A DNA stretch of 61,153 bases, the filler included, from Hausera hauseri (taxonomy: Eukaryota), in NCBI GenBank assembly GCA_046269625.1. It is 10 parts of 10 records of this genome, joined end to end, with 100 filler letters (N's around TTAATTAATTAA, not from the genome) between each part and the next. Parts side by side here need not be neighbours in the genome. Positions count along the whole stretch, not along the records: positions 1 to 7,755 come from JBJURY010904979.1; positions 7,856 to 17,150 come from JBJURY010408810.1; 8 more parts are not named here. One strand, 5' to 3'. The first letter of the stretch is position 1. Each line of letters opens with the position of its first letter. This document shows, piece after piece, positions 1 to 10,086 of the stretch. Under the pieces are notes generated by a model, which ran no database searches, was not told the origin of the DNA, and saw nothing but the letters and a program-made list of their open reading frames with translations. Made by a program: the position numbers and the translations under genes.

Positions 1-1136
1 AAATTCTTATTTATATTGTCACACCTATCATAAATCTATTTATCTTTTATCTTTTGGTTGCTTTCTTTCTTTCATTTATTTGTTTTTGGTTTATGCAATA
101 TGTGTTCCACTTACATTTTCATACAGTACCATCTATATATGTTTTGGCCCTTTGCCAGTATTCTTTTATTTATTTTTTATAGAGGCGATTTACAATTATA
201 TGTCTTCTCGCTTCGTAAAGTTGAAAAAAGGGAAATTGCAAACCTTAACATTTTTTTTGTCTTTTTAGCACACCAAGAAGATTTTATTTTGTGTTTAAAG
301 CCTTAAAATTTTGGCAATCTTTTTTTTTTTTATTTAGATTCTTCTGAAAAATGTGACATACAAAAAAGTTTATGAAGAAAATTAAATTATTCAGTTTTAT
401 TTTTGTTTTTATTCTTTATTGGCATTTTGTTTGCATTTTATTTATTTGTTTCACTTTAATTCGTCATATTTTTTAAATCCATATTAATTTGTTGACCTTT
501 GGATTTATTTATTATTTTTATCTTTATTTTTTAAAGTTGTCATGATCGTGAAAATTATGTCTTGTTCGGGGAATTAAGTTTTCAAATTCAGAATGTGTTA
601 TTTTAAAGCCACTGTTTAAGCTTAGGAAGTTTCGATGTTTAAGTCAAAAGAATGTTATGTTTTGGTTTTCCATTCTATTTAAAGCTTGGCAGTGAGCCAG
701 AGAAATTCGTTCCTAGTTGTTCTTTTTTCGTGTGGCATGTTTCAAAATTACAAGTACATACACTTAAAAATAAAAATACACTAAAAATCAAAGTATATGA
801 AAATCAATATTTAAAATTAATGTCCATCTCTTTGTTTAAAAAGTTTGTGAAAGTCCTTTACGAAAGACACAAAATTTGCAAACATTAAAATAATACACAA
901 TTCTATCTTGGCATTTTGTTAAATTATTCTTCTTGGAAAATCAATCGATTATTTAAAACATACTATTATGCTGCATTAATATTTCATTAAACACTATGAA
1001 CATGTTTAACAGATAAATTCAAAATCAAAAGTATTCACTATATTTTATACTTTACCTTTTTTTTGGAGTATCTGAAAACATTACATTTAAAACACTTTGA
1101 AAATACTGGCAGTTACGATTTTATTTAAAAGTTTTT

Positions 1137-1148
1137 GTAACGGCACCA
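1137..1148 (-). promoter_or_regulatory. Candidate primer-binding site (tRNA-His-like), degenerate
   Basis: The minus strand reads TGGTGCCGTTAC, 11/12 to the complement of the tRNA-His 3' end (TGGTGCCGTGAC). It lies 5 nt after the putative LTR end. Confidence 0.4.
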
Positions 1149-1153
1149 TAAAA

Positions 1154-2352
1154 TATAATAAGGAATTTATGAATTGGTGCTAGACATTTAAAAAAGGGGT
1201 TCTATTAAGAACCAAAAGTGTGAAGCTGAAATAGAACAACTCTGAAAAGAAAGTTATTACAGGCACCTGAATTGCAAATATGGCGTGAGAGTTCGTTAGT
1301 GGAACTAAGTACATTGCGTTTTCATTCTTTCTTAAATAACCCAAAGATCGAACCTAAAATAGAATTACTATGCCAAGATACATAAAATACAAAAACATAA
1401 TACTTAAACACTAGTTTATTAACAAGAAACATATTAAGAAATTAAGGGTTTCGAAACCGGTATAAAAATTTTCAAACACATATCCATATGAGAATAAGTG
1501 CATCATTCATTTTAAGACATCAAAATCAAAGACATATATATCATTAACATATTTGAATTTACTTATATAAAATATTTAACTCACGGGAAACTTCCAAAAC
1601 CACAAAGAATTTAGCATTCGTCGTTTCATATATATATCCACTACACTGAAGAATCGAATTTATCATAATTTTCACTTCATGAATAGATATTCACTTTTTA
1701 TAGGAATCATTCATTTAAACCAACATATTTTCGTATTTCTGTAGATCTCATCCATTTTTGTAGACACATATTCTATATATCGAAACAAGCTTTTTTTTTA
1801 AAGCAGAATTTTAACCGTCGTACTCGAGGATCACAATTTTGCAGATTTTATGAAGACACACGATGAAGCAGGCACTTAATAAGAAAACAGCCGAAACACA
1901 AATACTTGATATATACATATCTTGATCCTTCATATGTCGAAATAAAACAAATTCTCATCAAATGGATTGCAGACCTTTAAGATATAAACGAAGCATTTTT
2001 ACTCCAGCGGAGTACAGGATTTTAACTTTCTCCTTTTCATCTTAACAGCTCTCTCTAAGAACTTATCTAAACACAAACGAACCTTACGAAAATTAAACTG
2101 CATCTCTTTATTTCCACACATTTCACCGAACAAATTGCAACTGCCACTTTTTGAAATCAACGGATTCTGAAGTTCAACGCTGAAGTTGTGACGTAAGTTA
2201 TTGCTCTTTTATTTGTCGAGATTTTTGCGTCACGTGTCTTTCTTATCAAATGACTCTGTTTTCTTTTTGATTCGTTTTTAAGCGAGGGCATATACGTTCA
2301 AATACTTGGTAGAAAAATGTGATTTTATGTGATATTTTAATTTTTTATCACA
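1154..2352 (-). repeat. Candidate LTR (~1.2 kb) of the C1 Gypsy element
   Basis: It starts TGTGATA 3 nt after a PPT (AGAGGGGAGG, 2365-2356). It ends in a degenerate TATTATA (expected TATCACA) just before a PBS-like motif. There is no second copy to confirm the limits. Confidence 0.45.
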
Positions 2353-3234
2353 TTACCTCCCCTCTAAGGAGTAAATTTAGGTATACACTTATGCTGTATA
2401 ACAGTTCCTCGTTGTACTAAGTTCAAGACTGTATAATTTTACATGTGCATATTACCTTTACAATTTATATTTTTTTTTTGAGACTTTCATAAGATATATT
2501 TTTGACATTATTTTTAAACATTTTATGACATATTTGTTTACATATTATGATCATTCATTCATTATATTATATTAGTATCATATCATGGCATAATTTTAAC
2601 ATCTGTTGAACATGTTCATTACATACATTTTTCATTAAATTTAACATCATTTTCAAATTATCTCAACATTACATTCACATTCCACACACAATGCATTCAA
2701 AGAAATGTTTTCAAAATGAGGCGTGATGTCGTTTAATACATCTTGTTTTCCTCTATTTTTTTTGCAATATCCCAAACCAATTAAACCTCTATTAAAAAGT
2801 ACCAGCCCTTAAAATAGAAATACAATGATGCTATGGCCATTTCACATCAATGCATAAAGAGAAAAAAAAATTTGGGAGAAAGCAAAATGTTTTTAAATTT
2901 TATCCTTTATGAAATAGCATTGGTGAAAAAAATGCTGTGAAATGTATTTTTATTTGAAGATGTTATTTGTTTCTTTTATTTTTCCTTATTTATCTTTTAT
3001 TTCGACATTATTTATTTCATTCAATCTTTTATTTATTTTCTTCATTATTTTTCTTATTTATTTTTCACATATTTATTTTATTTATCAACATTTATTTTAT
3101 TCTTTTTATTTAACATTCATTATCTTATTTTTTGCTTTTTAATTGTTATTTTCTTTCAAAATTCTCATCTATATTGTCACATTTATCATACATCTATTTA
3201 TCTTTTCTTTTATCTTTCGTGTTTTGCTTTCTTT

Positions 3235-6200
3235 TCATTTTTTTGTTTTGCTTTGAATAGTAGTATTTTGAAGATTTGGACGAGTTGGTTTTAGTAGAAA
3301 AAGTTTGCTTATATGTAATTTTTTTGTAAGTATTGTATCATTTTCTTCTTTTTCTAGAAGATAATTTTCATTTCTAAATATTTTTGTAATAGTCCATGGA
3401 CCATCATATTTCTTTTGAAAAGTACCTGGATGTTGAAAAATTTCTATATATACTTTATCATTTAATTGTAATTTCTTTGGTGATTTTCCTTTTAAATATG
3501 AACTTTGTGCCGCAAAATATTTTGATTCGTTTTCTGTAATTGCTTGTTGTCTTTCTAAAGCAAGTTCATTTATTTTTTTACGATATTCATCGAATTGTTC
3601 TACATACACTGGATTTTCTGTTGAATTTAATGGCATGTTTATCGGACGACCAAAAAATAATTCTGCTGGAGAGAATTGTGTAACGAGATGTTTTGAATTA
3701 TTGTAATGAAGTTTAAAAATTAAAAGTGCATCTGTCCATCTAATAACATTATCTGTGATGGCAGATATGCTTCCTTTCATAGTACGGTGAATTCTTTCCA
3801 AGAGGCCATTTGAAGCTGGATGGTAAACAGATGTTAAACGATGTTGGATGTTAAGATCTTTGAAAAATGTTTCTATTATTTGAGATGTAAAATTTGGACC
3901 GTTATCCGAGAGAATGATTTTAGGAATACCAAAAGTTGAAAAGTAAATTTTTAATTGTTGAATTATTATATTTGAAGTAGTATTAGCCAACGGAATAGCT
4001 TCCAGAAAACGTGAGTAGTGATCCACTATTGTTAGTATGAAAAACTTCCCATCATGGGACCGAGGAAGTTTACCTACAATGTCTATAGCTACAAATTCTC
4101 CTGGAGCTAAGTGTTGTTTTGAAATTTGTTTTGGTAAAATATTGTTTGATTTTGTTTTATGTTCCATACATTGTTTACATGTGTCACAAAAATTTTTTGT
4201 ATCCAAGTACATTCCTTTCCATGTATATTTTGCATGTAAAAATTGATAGGTTTTGTGTGTGCCAAAATGTGGGATGTGAGCTGCTTTTAAACACGCATTT
4301 ACCAAAGTTGGAGGTATAAGTATTTTATTGGATAAGATTTTATTTTTTGTTTTTTTTGATGTGTTGATGTATTGTTGCATGACCAAATTAGTATGGGAAT
4401 CAATAAAATATTTATTTGTTTTAGAGGGAAGTGTCTTATTTTGTATTTGTTGTCGAATTTTTTGAATATTTTCATCTTGTAACTGGTGTTTTTCAATATT
4501 TAAAATAGTTAAAGCATTATCTGATTCAAAGAGATTAATTGTGTTAAGATTTAAGTTATTATTGGGCATTCTTGATAGAAAATCTGCGGGGTTCTTACAT
4601 CCTGGGATGTGTTGTGTAGTATAGTCAAATTGCTGTAAATATAAAAGCCAGCGTGCAACAATATCAGGTTGTTTAGCAAGTTGAATATGAAAAGTCAAAG
4701 GTTTAGCATCTGTAAATATTGTAAATTTTTTACCATACAATTTATCATGAAAATGTCGACAAGAAGCAAAGATGGCAAAGAGTTCTCGACGAATGGATGG
4801 ATAACGTGCTTCAGCAGGGCTTAATTGTTTAGAAAAGAATTCAATGGGAAAAAATTGTTCGTTATGTTTTTGCATTAATATACCTGAAATAGCTATGTGT
4901 GATGCATCACAAACCAAAAATAGAGGTTTATCCTCCTGAAAGTTTTTTAATGTAGGCTTGTTCAAAAGTAAATCTTGTATTTTTTCAAAAGCTATTTGAC
5001 AATCTGCATTCCAATAGAAAGGAACATTTTTTCTTGTAAGATTTACAATTGGATGCACAACATCAGCATAATTTGGTACCATGTGTCTAAAATAATTAAG
5101 CATGCCAACAAAAGTTTGAACTTGTTTAACAGTTTTAGGTTTTGGAAATTTTTGCACTTTATTTATATTTTCTTCTGATGGTGCAAATCCATTTTTATTT
5201 ACATTAAATCCAAGGTATGTAATTTGTTGTTTACAAAGTTGTAATTTTTTTGGGTCCAAAGTCAAGTTAAATTGTTTTAATTTGTCAAAGACTTGTTGAA
5301 GAATGTTTGTCATTTCTTCTATCGAATCTGCTGCCACAATTATGTCATCTACAAAATATTGGACATTTTTACCTTTTAAATCATTCATGCATTTTGCTAT
5401 TAAGGTGTGGAAATATGCGGTGCTATTTTTCGCGCCAAAAAAAAGTCTGTTGGGATGGTAGTTACCGAACTCACAACAAAATGCTAATTTATGTTTATCA
5501 CATTCACGTAGTTGTATTTGAAAAAAAGCGGATTTTAAATCCAGAACGCTATAAAAGTTTTTACCAGAAATATTTTGCAAAATGTCTGAAATGTTTGGGA
5601 GGCAAATTTTGAATGGTTCCATGATACTATTCAATAAACGATAGTCAACTACCATACGAAATTTAAGATCTTTAGGAGACTGATTTGGTAGAGGCTTTTT
5701 TTTGACAAAAAGAATTGGAAAACTATAATTAGAAGTGGATGGTTCGATTATACCTGCATCCAGAAGCTGTGTTATTTCTTGTTTAGCAAATTCTTTGGCA
5801 ATTTTTGGAATTGGATAAGGCTTAGTTTGTATCGGAAAATTATGAAGTAACTGAATTTGAGGTATTATAGCATCAGTAGAACCAAGAGATTTGTAAGATT
5901 TAGAAAAAACTTGTGAATTATCCAGTAACATATGCAAAAGTGATGTCTGATCCTTATTTGACAAATGTTTTAAATCAAAATCCGTGGGAGAAAGTTCATC
6001 TTTACGAAGTTTAATGATATCAGATAAATTTAGATTATTTATCTGTAAAAAGTCTTGTTTCGGAGGAATCATCTGATCCTGCTGATCATATTGTTGAACT
6101 ATACCTAATCTGGTATTTTTTCTCAAATTGATGTTTATATTAGAATTATTCTCAACAATAGTATAAAATGTGTTTGCCTGCACAGTATGGATGGAAGAAT

Positions 6201-7071
6201 GGAAGTGAAATTCAAATTTTTTAGCCAAAGGAGTAAATAAAATAGTAGAATTATTAGGAATATTGTTTGGTATTTGTAATTGAATAATACTAAAAGAATT
6301 AGGTTGAATAGTTACATTATGTGTAACTTTAGCTATTGGTTGAGGAGTCGTAGTGGGAACAGTTGTTGGAAGTGGTGCTTGAATGGCAGAGTTTTGCACA
6401 TTTTGAGAGGGAGATGATTCCTGATATTCAAACGTGAAAGAGTCTACAATTAATTTATTGTTTTTGGTGTCAATTAAAACTTTATTTCTTTGTAGAAAGT
6501 CATACCCAAGAATGATTTGGTATTGGGATTGCCAGTTGTGCTGTGTCACAAAAAATTGGTTCTCAAACCATCTAGTATGAATTTTGAATTTGAGATTGAC
6601 TGCAGAATGATATGGTATTGTTGATTTATTTAGGGTATGAATGGTGACTGATCGAGATATGTAATTTATTTTAGTAGTATCTTTGATTTGTTCAAGAATA
6701 CTAGGTTGGATAAGGCTCAGATTAGCACCTGTGTCTAAAAGGGCGGGTATATTGTGATTGCCAAATTTTAACATTATTATAGGTAAAGAATTATTTGAAT
6801 TGTGACATGACATAAGGTGGAGCGATTCTGTTTTATTTGCATGATCTTTTTTATTTGACTCTTGATGTTGGTAGTCTTTTTCTCTAATTTTATTTTTTTT
6901 ATCATATTTATTAGAGTAGTCTTTTTTTTGCTTGTCATTATAAGATTTTCTACTTAAATATTTATACTCTTCTTTTTCTTTTAAAGATGGTAAATTTGGA
7001 TTTCGAAATGGTTTATGGGTGCTTGATGAGTGAAATCCAGTATAGTTATATGATGTACAAACACCCTCCAT
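3235..7071 (-). CDS. pol: Ty3/Gypsy Pol polyprotein (PR-RT-RNase H-integrase), intact 1278 aa
   Basis: Protease LLDTGA. RT FRMVVDYRLLN, LDLKSAFFQI, YFVDD. RNase H CDAS..ISGIL..RELFAI..TDAKPL. Integrase HHCC, IDIVGKLP, SDNG, SNGLLER, C-terminal DGPW. Confidence 0.95.
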   Translation of the reverse strand: MEGVCTSYNYTGFHSSSTHKPFRNPNLPSLKEKEEYKYLSRKSYNDKQKKDYSNKYDKKNKIREKDYQHQESNKKDHANKTESLHLMSCHNSNNSLPIIMLKFGNHNIPALLDTGANLSLIQPSILEQIKDTTKINYISRSVTIHTLNKSTIPYHSAVNLKFKIHTRWFENQFFVTQHNWQSQYQIILGYDFLQRNKVLIDTKNNKLIVDSFTFEYQESSPSQNVQNSAIQAPLPTTVPTTTPQPIAKVTHNVTIQPNSFSIIQLQIPNNIPNNSTILFTPLAKKFEFHFHSSIHTVQANTFYTIVENNSNININLRKNTRLGIVQQYDQQDQMIPPKQDFLQINNLNLSDIIKLRKDELSPTDFDLKHLSNKDQTSLLHMLLDNSQVFSKSYKSLGSTDAIIPQIQLLHNFPIQTKPYPIPKIAKEFAKQEITQLLDAGIIEPSTSNYSFPILFVKKKPLPNQSPKDLKFRMVVDYRLLNSIMEPFKICLPNISDILQNISGKNFYSVLDLKSAFFQIQLRECDKHKLAFCCEFGNYHPNRLFFGAKNSTAYFHTLIAKCMNDLKGKNVQYFVDDIIVAADSIEEMTNILQQVFDKLKQFNLTLDPKKLQLCKQQITYLGFNVNKNGFAPSEENINKVQKFPKPKTVKQVQTFVGMLNYFRHMVPNYADVVHPIVNLTRKNVPFYWNADCQIAFEKIQDLLLNKPTLKNFQEDKPLFLVCDASHIAISGILMQKHNEQFFPIEFFSKQLSPAEARYPSIRRELFAIFASCRHFHDKLYGKKFTIFTDAKPLTFHIQLAKQPDIVARWLLYLQQFDYTTQHIPGCKNPADFLSRMPNNNLNLNTINLFESDNALTILNIEKHQLQDENIQKIRQQIQNKTLPSKTNKYFIDSHTNLVMQQYINTSKKTKNKILSNKILIPPTLVNACLKAAHIPHFGTHKTYQFLHAKYTWKGMYLDTKNFCDTCKQCMEHKTKSNNILPKQISKQHLAPGEFVAIDIVGKLPRSHDGKFFILTIVDHYSRFLEAIPLANTTSNIIIQQLKIYFSTFGIPKIILSDNGPNFTSQIIETFFKDLNIQHRLTSVYHPASNGLLERIHRTMKGSISAITDNVIRWTDALLIFKLHYNNSKHLVTQFSPAELFFGRPINMPLNSTENPVYVEQFDEYRKKINELALERQQAITENESKYFAAQSSYLKGKSPKKLQLNDKVYIEIFQHPGTFQKKYDGPWTITKIFRNENYLLEKEENDTILTKKLHISKLFLLKPTRPNLQNTTIQSKTKK

Positions 7072-7080
7072 TAGTTTAAA
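7017..7080 (-). promoter_or_regulatory. -1 programmed ribosomal frameshift signal (gag/pol)
   Basis: Slippery heptamer T TTA AAC (7080-7074), a 7-nt spacer, then a 9-bp stem GGGTGTTTG/CAAGCACCC. pol is in the -1 frame. Confidence 0.75.
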
Positions 7081-7160
7081 TTTGAGTTTTTTCTGTAATA
7101 TTTATTATAATAAGGTCTAGATTGGTAGTTGTGCTGAAAATTCATTCCTCTTCTTAAACC
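7071..7160 (-). pseudogene. gag: Truncated 3' tail of gag (RGLRRGMNFQHNYQSRPYYNKYYRKNSNLN*)
   Basis: A basic N/Y-rich tail ends in TTTAAAC-TAA, overlapping the pol frame at -1. Upstream, the sequence switches abruptly to unrelated GC-richer DNA. Confidence 0.6.
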
Positions 7161-7250
7161 TCTAGTGCGAGGAAGGACTCGCTCTCCTCCATCTGCTCTG
7201 GTTGTCTGTCTGTATTGATTGACTGCTAACATCCGTTGTTTGACTTTCAG

Positions 7251-7343
7251 AGAGGAGGAGAGAAAGGAGAAGCCCGGGGTCGCATTTGGCGAGACCTGGC
7301 TGTTCTTTGGTTGTCGCCACCGAGACAAAGACTACCTGTTCAG
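7251..7343 (+). CDS. MTRR: Single 93-nt internal exon of a diflavin reductase, most like methionine synthase reductase
   Basis: tttcag acceptor with a gctaac branch point and an AG|gtaagc donor. It encodes EEERKEKPGVAFGETWLFFGCRHRDKDYLFR, containing the LFFGCR NADPH-domain motif. Confidence 0.8.
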
Positions 7344-7461
7344 GTAAGCTGAATATACCCAACATATTGTGTGTTAGTTAGCTTCTCCGTCTGGTCACAT
7401 ACGTGCAGCTGTTGTTTGAAATCTGTTTCTTCCACCTCAATTATTCTGAAGGTTTACTTAG

Positions 7462-7755
7462 ATGTATGTGGATGGATTTGATGAAAACCTTCTTTTGTAC
7501 AAAGGTCTAGGAGCGGCTTTTTTATTTATGAAAAGATTGCAGCATATCGCAAATGCGCTTCAAAATGTGAAATCACAACATATAGTTATTTCGTTATCTG
7601 AAAAAGCTGAATGGAAAAATACCACAAATTGTTATTTATGCAGTAATAGCTTTACTTTTGATAATCACAAAGTCAAGAATCACTGTCATATCACAGGCTA
7701 TTTCAGAGGAGCTGCTTGCAATTCATGCAATTTACGATGTCGAACAATCAACTTT
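7462..7755 (+). mobile_element. Fragment of a Polinton/Maverick-type protein-primed PolB region with endonuclease-VII-like Zn motif, truncated by the contig end
   Basis: YKGLGAA..CYLC..KVKNHCHITGYFRGAACNSCNL matches the C..C..kVrDHcH.TGkyRGaAh..CNL pattern. Confidence 0.75.
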
Positions 7756-7855
7756 NNNNNNNNNNNNNNNNNNNNNNNNNNNNNNNNNNNNNNNNNNNNT
7801 TAATTAATTAANNNNNNNNNNNNNNNNNNNNNNNNNNNNNNNNNNNNNNNNNNNN
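7756..7855. other. Artificial contig linker N44-TTAATTAATTAA-N44. Identical linkers at 17151-17250, 21801-21900, 26374-26473, 31775-31874, 42935-43034, 47616-47715, 52038-52137, 56183-56282. A 10-N gap is at 27546-27555.
   Basis: The same 100-bp N-flanked 12-mer, with stops in all six frames, occurs nine times. Confidence 0.99.
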
Positions 7856-7879
7856 GTTTTCATCACCCCGCCATTATCT

Positions 7880-7983
7880 GCTCTACTCCCATTCGCCAGT
7901 TTCCCTTTCCACGATGACGTGTTCTCCTCCCATTGGCTTCCTGCCTTCCTGGAGGGGGGGGTTGGCGCGAAGTCCTTACATCC
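7880..7983 (+). repeat. GC-rich interspersed repeat, likely an LTR 3' part; second copy at 26474-26573
   Basis: About 100 bp aligns by eye at roughly 80% identity (GCTCTACTCCCATT..CGATGACGTGTT..ATTGGCTTCCT..G-run..AAGTCCT). Both copies are at contig starts. Confidence 0.8.
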
Positions 7984-8398
7984 TACTACTGATGTAAATC
8001 AAACTAAAACAACCCAGCTTTACAAAAAGAAAACTCATCGAGACTGCGAACACCAATTCAAACCGAGAAAATTAGAATATCGCCAAGTAAACCAAAGGAG
8101 CAATTAACGGAAGTACATGTATTACGAAAGAAGGGTTCCGCAGACAACATACAGTTCACCACCGCCAGGGAATACCCCAGAATATTGGTAGCTACTGAAT
8201 ATTATAGTCAGCAAAAGGATCAAGGAAGCAATGTTTTTCGTCAAGTTGATGCCCGCAAAGGAAGTATGAGAATACGTACGTCTGGGAAAATCCAAAGCTT
8301 GGGAAATATGTTGCCCCAATATTACAATCAGAAAGGAATGGTAAACTCGTAGTCCCTATGGACAAGTCCGTAAGATATCACTTAAGAAACAATATTAG

Positions 8399-8995
8399 AA
8401 ATACCGATCGACTGGTGAAATTCCCGATTTAGATCGAGATGTCATCAGCGATTGGACCTTAGTGCCCGTGGGATGTGATCCCAAGAAGAGTTCAATAAAC
8501 ATGAAACAAAAAAGAGTATATGGTTATCTATACCAAGATGAAGAAGGACTAGCGATAGAACCCATTGAAATAACAATAAGAGTCGATTTGGACGACGAAA
8601 ACTGGGAAAAAGAAGAAAATGAATGCCCGGTGTGTGAGGCCAATTTAAAATAAGGTTATGTAGTTCTAGATAACTTGGATTGTGGACACAAGTACTGTCG
8701 AGATTGTCCAGAGAAATGGACGTTAGAAAACGGTAAAACCACGTGTCCTGTGTGTAGAGCAGAAGCGACGGACTTGAAGAATTACTCAAATGGCAATTAT
8801 ACCACAGTGGCCAGAATAAAGCCTCAGTTTACTTACGAGTTGGAGACAAACCCTAGAGAAAATCAAGCCGGTTCAAGTTTGGTACCTAGCTTAAGGCAGC
8901 GTATGGATTTATTACGGACAGACCATTTAAGGGTCACCTCTCCTGACACAATAGGCACATCCGAGGATGCCGCTCAGGGAGGAGAAATGTTGTGA
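8399..8995 (+). pseudogene. C3HC4 RING-finger ORF at the 3' end of an LTR element, one in-frame stop (8651-8653)
   Basis: ORFs 8462-8653 and 8675-8995 share a frame: CPVC-x14-CGHKYCRDC-x12-CPVCR. The ORF crosses the PPT and stops 8 nt into the LTR. Confidence 0.85.
8976..8987 (+). promoter_or_regulatory. Polypurine tract
   Basis: AGGGAGGAGAAA lies immediately before the TGTT that starts the LTR. Confidence 0.8.
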
Positions 8996-9734
8996 ATTAC
9001 TGGTAATAAAAGAGTGGTGGCATATTCCCTCGTTAATTAAAGTGACAAATGGTGGAGGTAATAAAAAGAGAGAAGCGACCTTCGATTATTGTAAATATAT
9101 AGCATTAATAAATTCATTAACTGTAAATACGCAGAAATAATAACTATTGTGTAGGAATGTTTATTGATAGTTAATAGCTAGAGTTGGTAATAAATTGTAT
9201 GTGTATCAATAACTCTCTGAAAGTGAAATGAAAAGAGAATTAAATCTAGTAGCGAGTGCTATAGAAAGACTATATATATTCAAGAGAATCAGACAAAAGC
9301 AGAACAGAGGAAACAAGAAAAGTGAGTCGAGAATTCTAAATCATCAGAAAACGAGAAACAGCCATTATATTGATCTTATTGATTCTTGGTGACGAGGTTG
9401 TATTTATTGTGGTAAAGATAATAAATGTTACTTTTAATTTCTTTTGCTTCTAAACTCAATATAGTTTTCCCTTCGCTTTTTAAAAGCGATTTGACTTCAT
9501 TAGGATTAAACTCTAGACTTAAACTATATAGATAAGAGGAAGAATTGAATAACGTGACGCAAGCATTTGCATTCAGTACCGGCAATAGTGTTCTAAAAGA
9601 AATTATATATAAGTTAGTCACAGACAGTCTATTCGAGAACGATAGACCGTACCTGCATATAACTCAAAAATAAATTTACTAAAACTATTGTTATATAGAG
9701 GGAGTTTGTGTAATTGCCACCCCAATATATAACA
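8988..9734 (+). repeat. LTR (747 bp) of the gag-env element
   Basis: TGTT...AACA termini between a PPT and a PBS. The 3' third is homologous to the two solo LTRs on C8. Confidence 0.88.
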
Positions 9735-9736
9735 TT

Positions 9737-9754
9737 TGGCGACCATCGCAGGAC
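9737..9754 (+). promoter_or_regulatory. Primer-binding site, tRNA-Arg(TCG)-type
   Basis: TGGCGACCATCGCAGGAC lies 2 nt after the LTR end. The pattern TGGCGACC..CAGGA is complementary to the metazoan tRNA-Arg(TCG) 3' end. Confidence 0.8.
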
Positions 9755-10086
9755 AGTTTGTAAATCGCTAGACTTTACTGTTGAGAGTTAAATACATACC
9801 GGTGAACAGCGCCACTTACACCGAACAATTTTGATATAGTTGGAAAAGAAAATTAAAATTGAGTACATAGGATATTTAACGGGGATAAATAACGTTAAAA
9901 TTGAGAACAAATATTGATAAGTCAAAGGTAAACCCTGTATTAAAGGATAATTCACCCATACGTCAAACACGTAGAAATATATACAGAGGCACACAAAAAT
10001 TAGATAAACGTTCAAATTCAGAGAACAGAATTGAGTTAGACGTCATCGAGCAAAACAAGCAATTTAGAATCCCACTTGAGAAGTAA

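Noticed and set aside
2942-3142. F/I/L-rich plus-strand ORFs (also 58-306) as membrane proteins
   Set aside because: They are the antisense of A-rich retroelement UTR sequence, a compositional artefact.
7071-7328. Listed 85-aa minus-strand ORF as a small gag/core gene
   Set aside because: Only the last ~30 codons look like gag. The rest is antisense of the MTRR exon and intron.
9473-9660. LTR hairpins as a hammerhead or hairpin ribozyme
   Set aside because: There is no CUGANGA/GAAA core and no hairpin-ribozyme loop B consensus. Only an AGAA loop matches.
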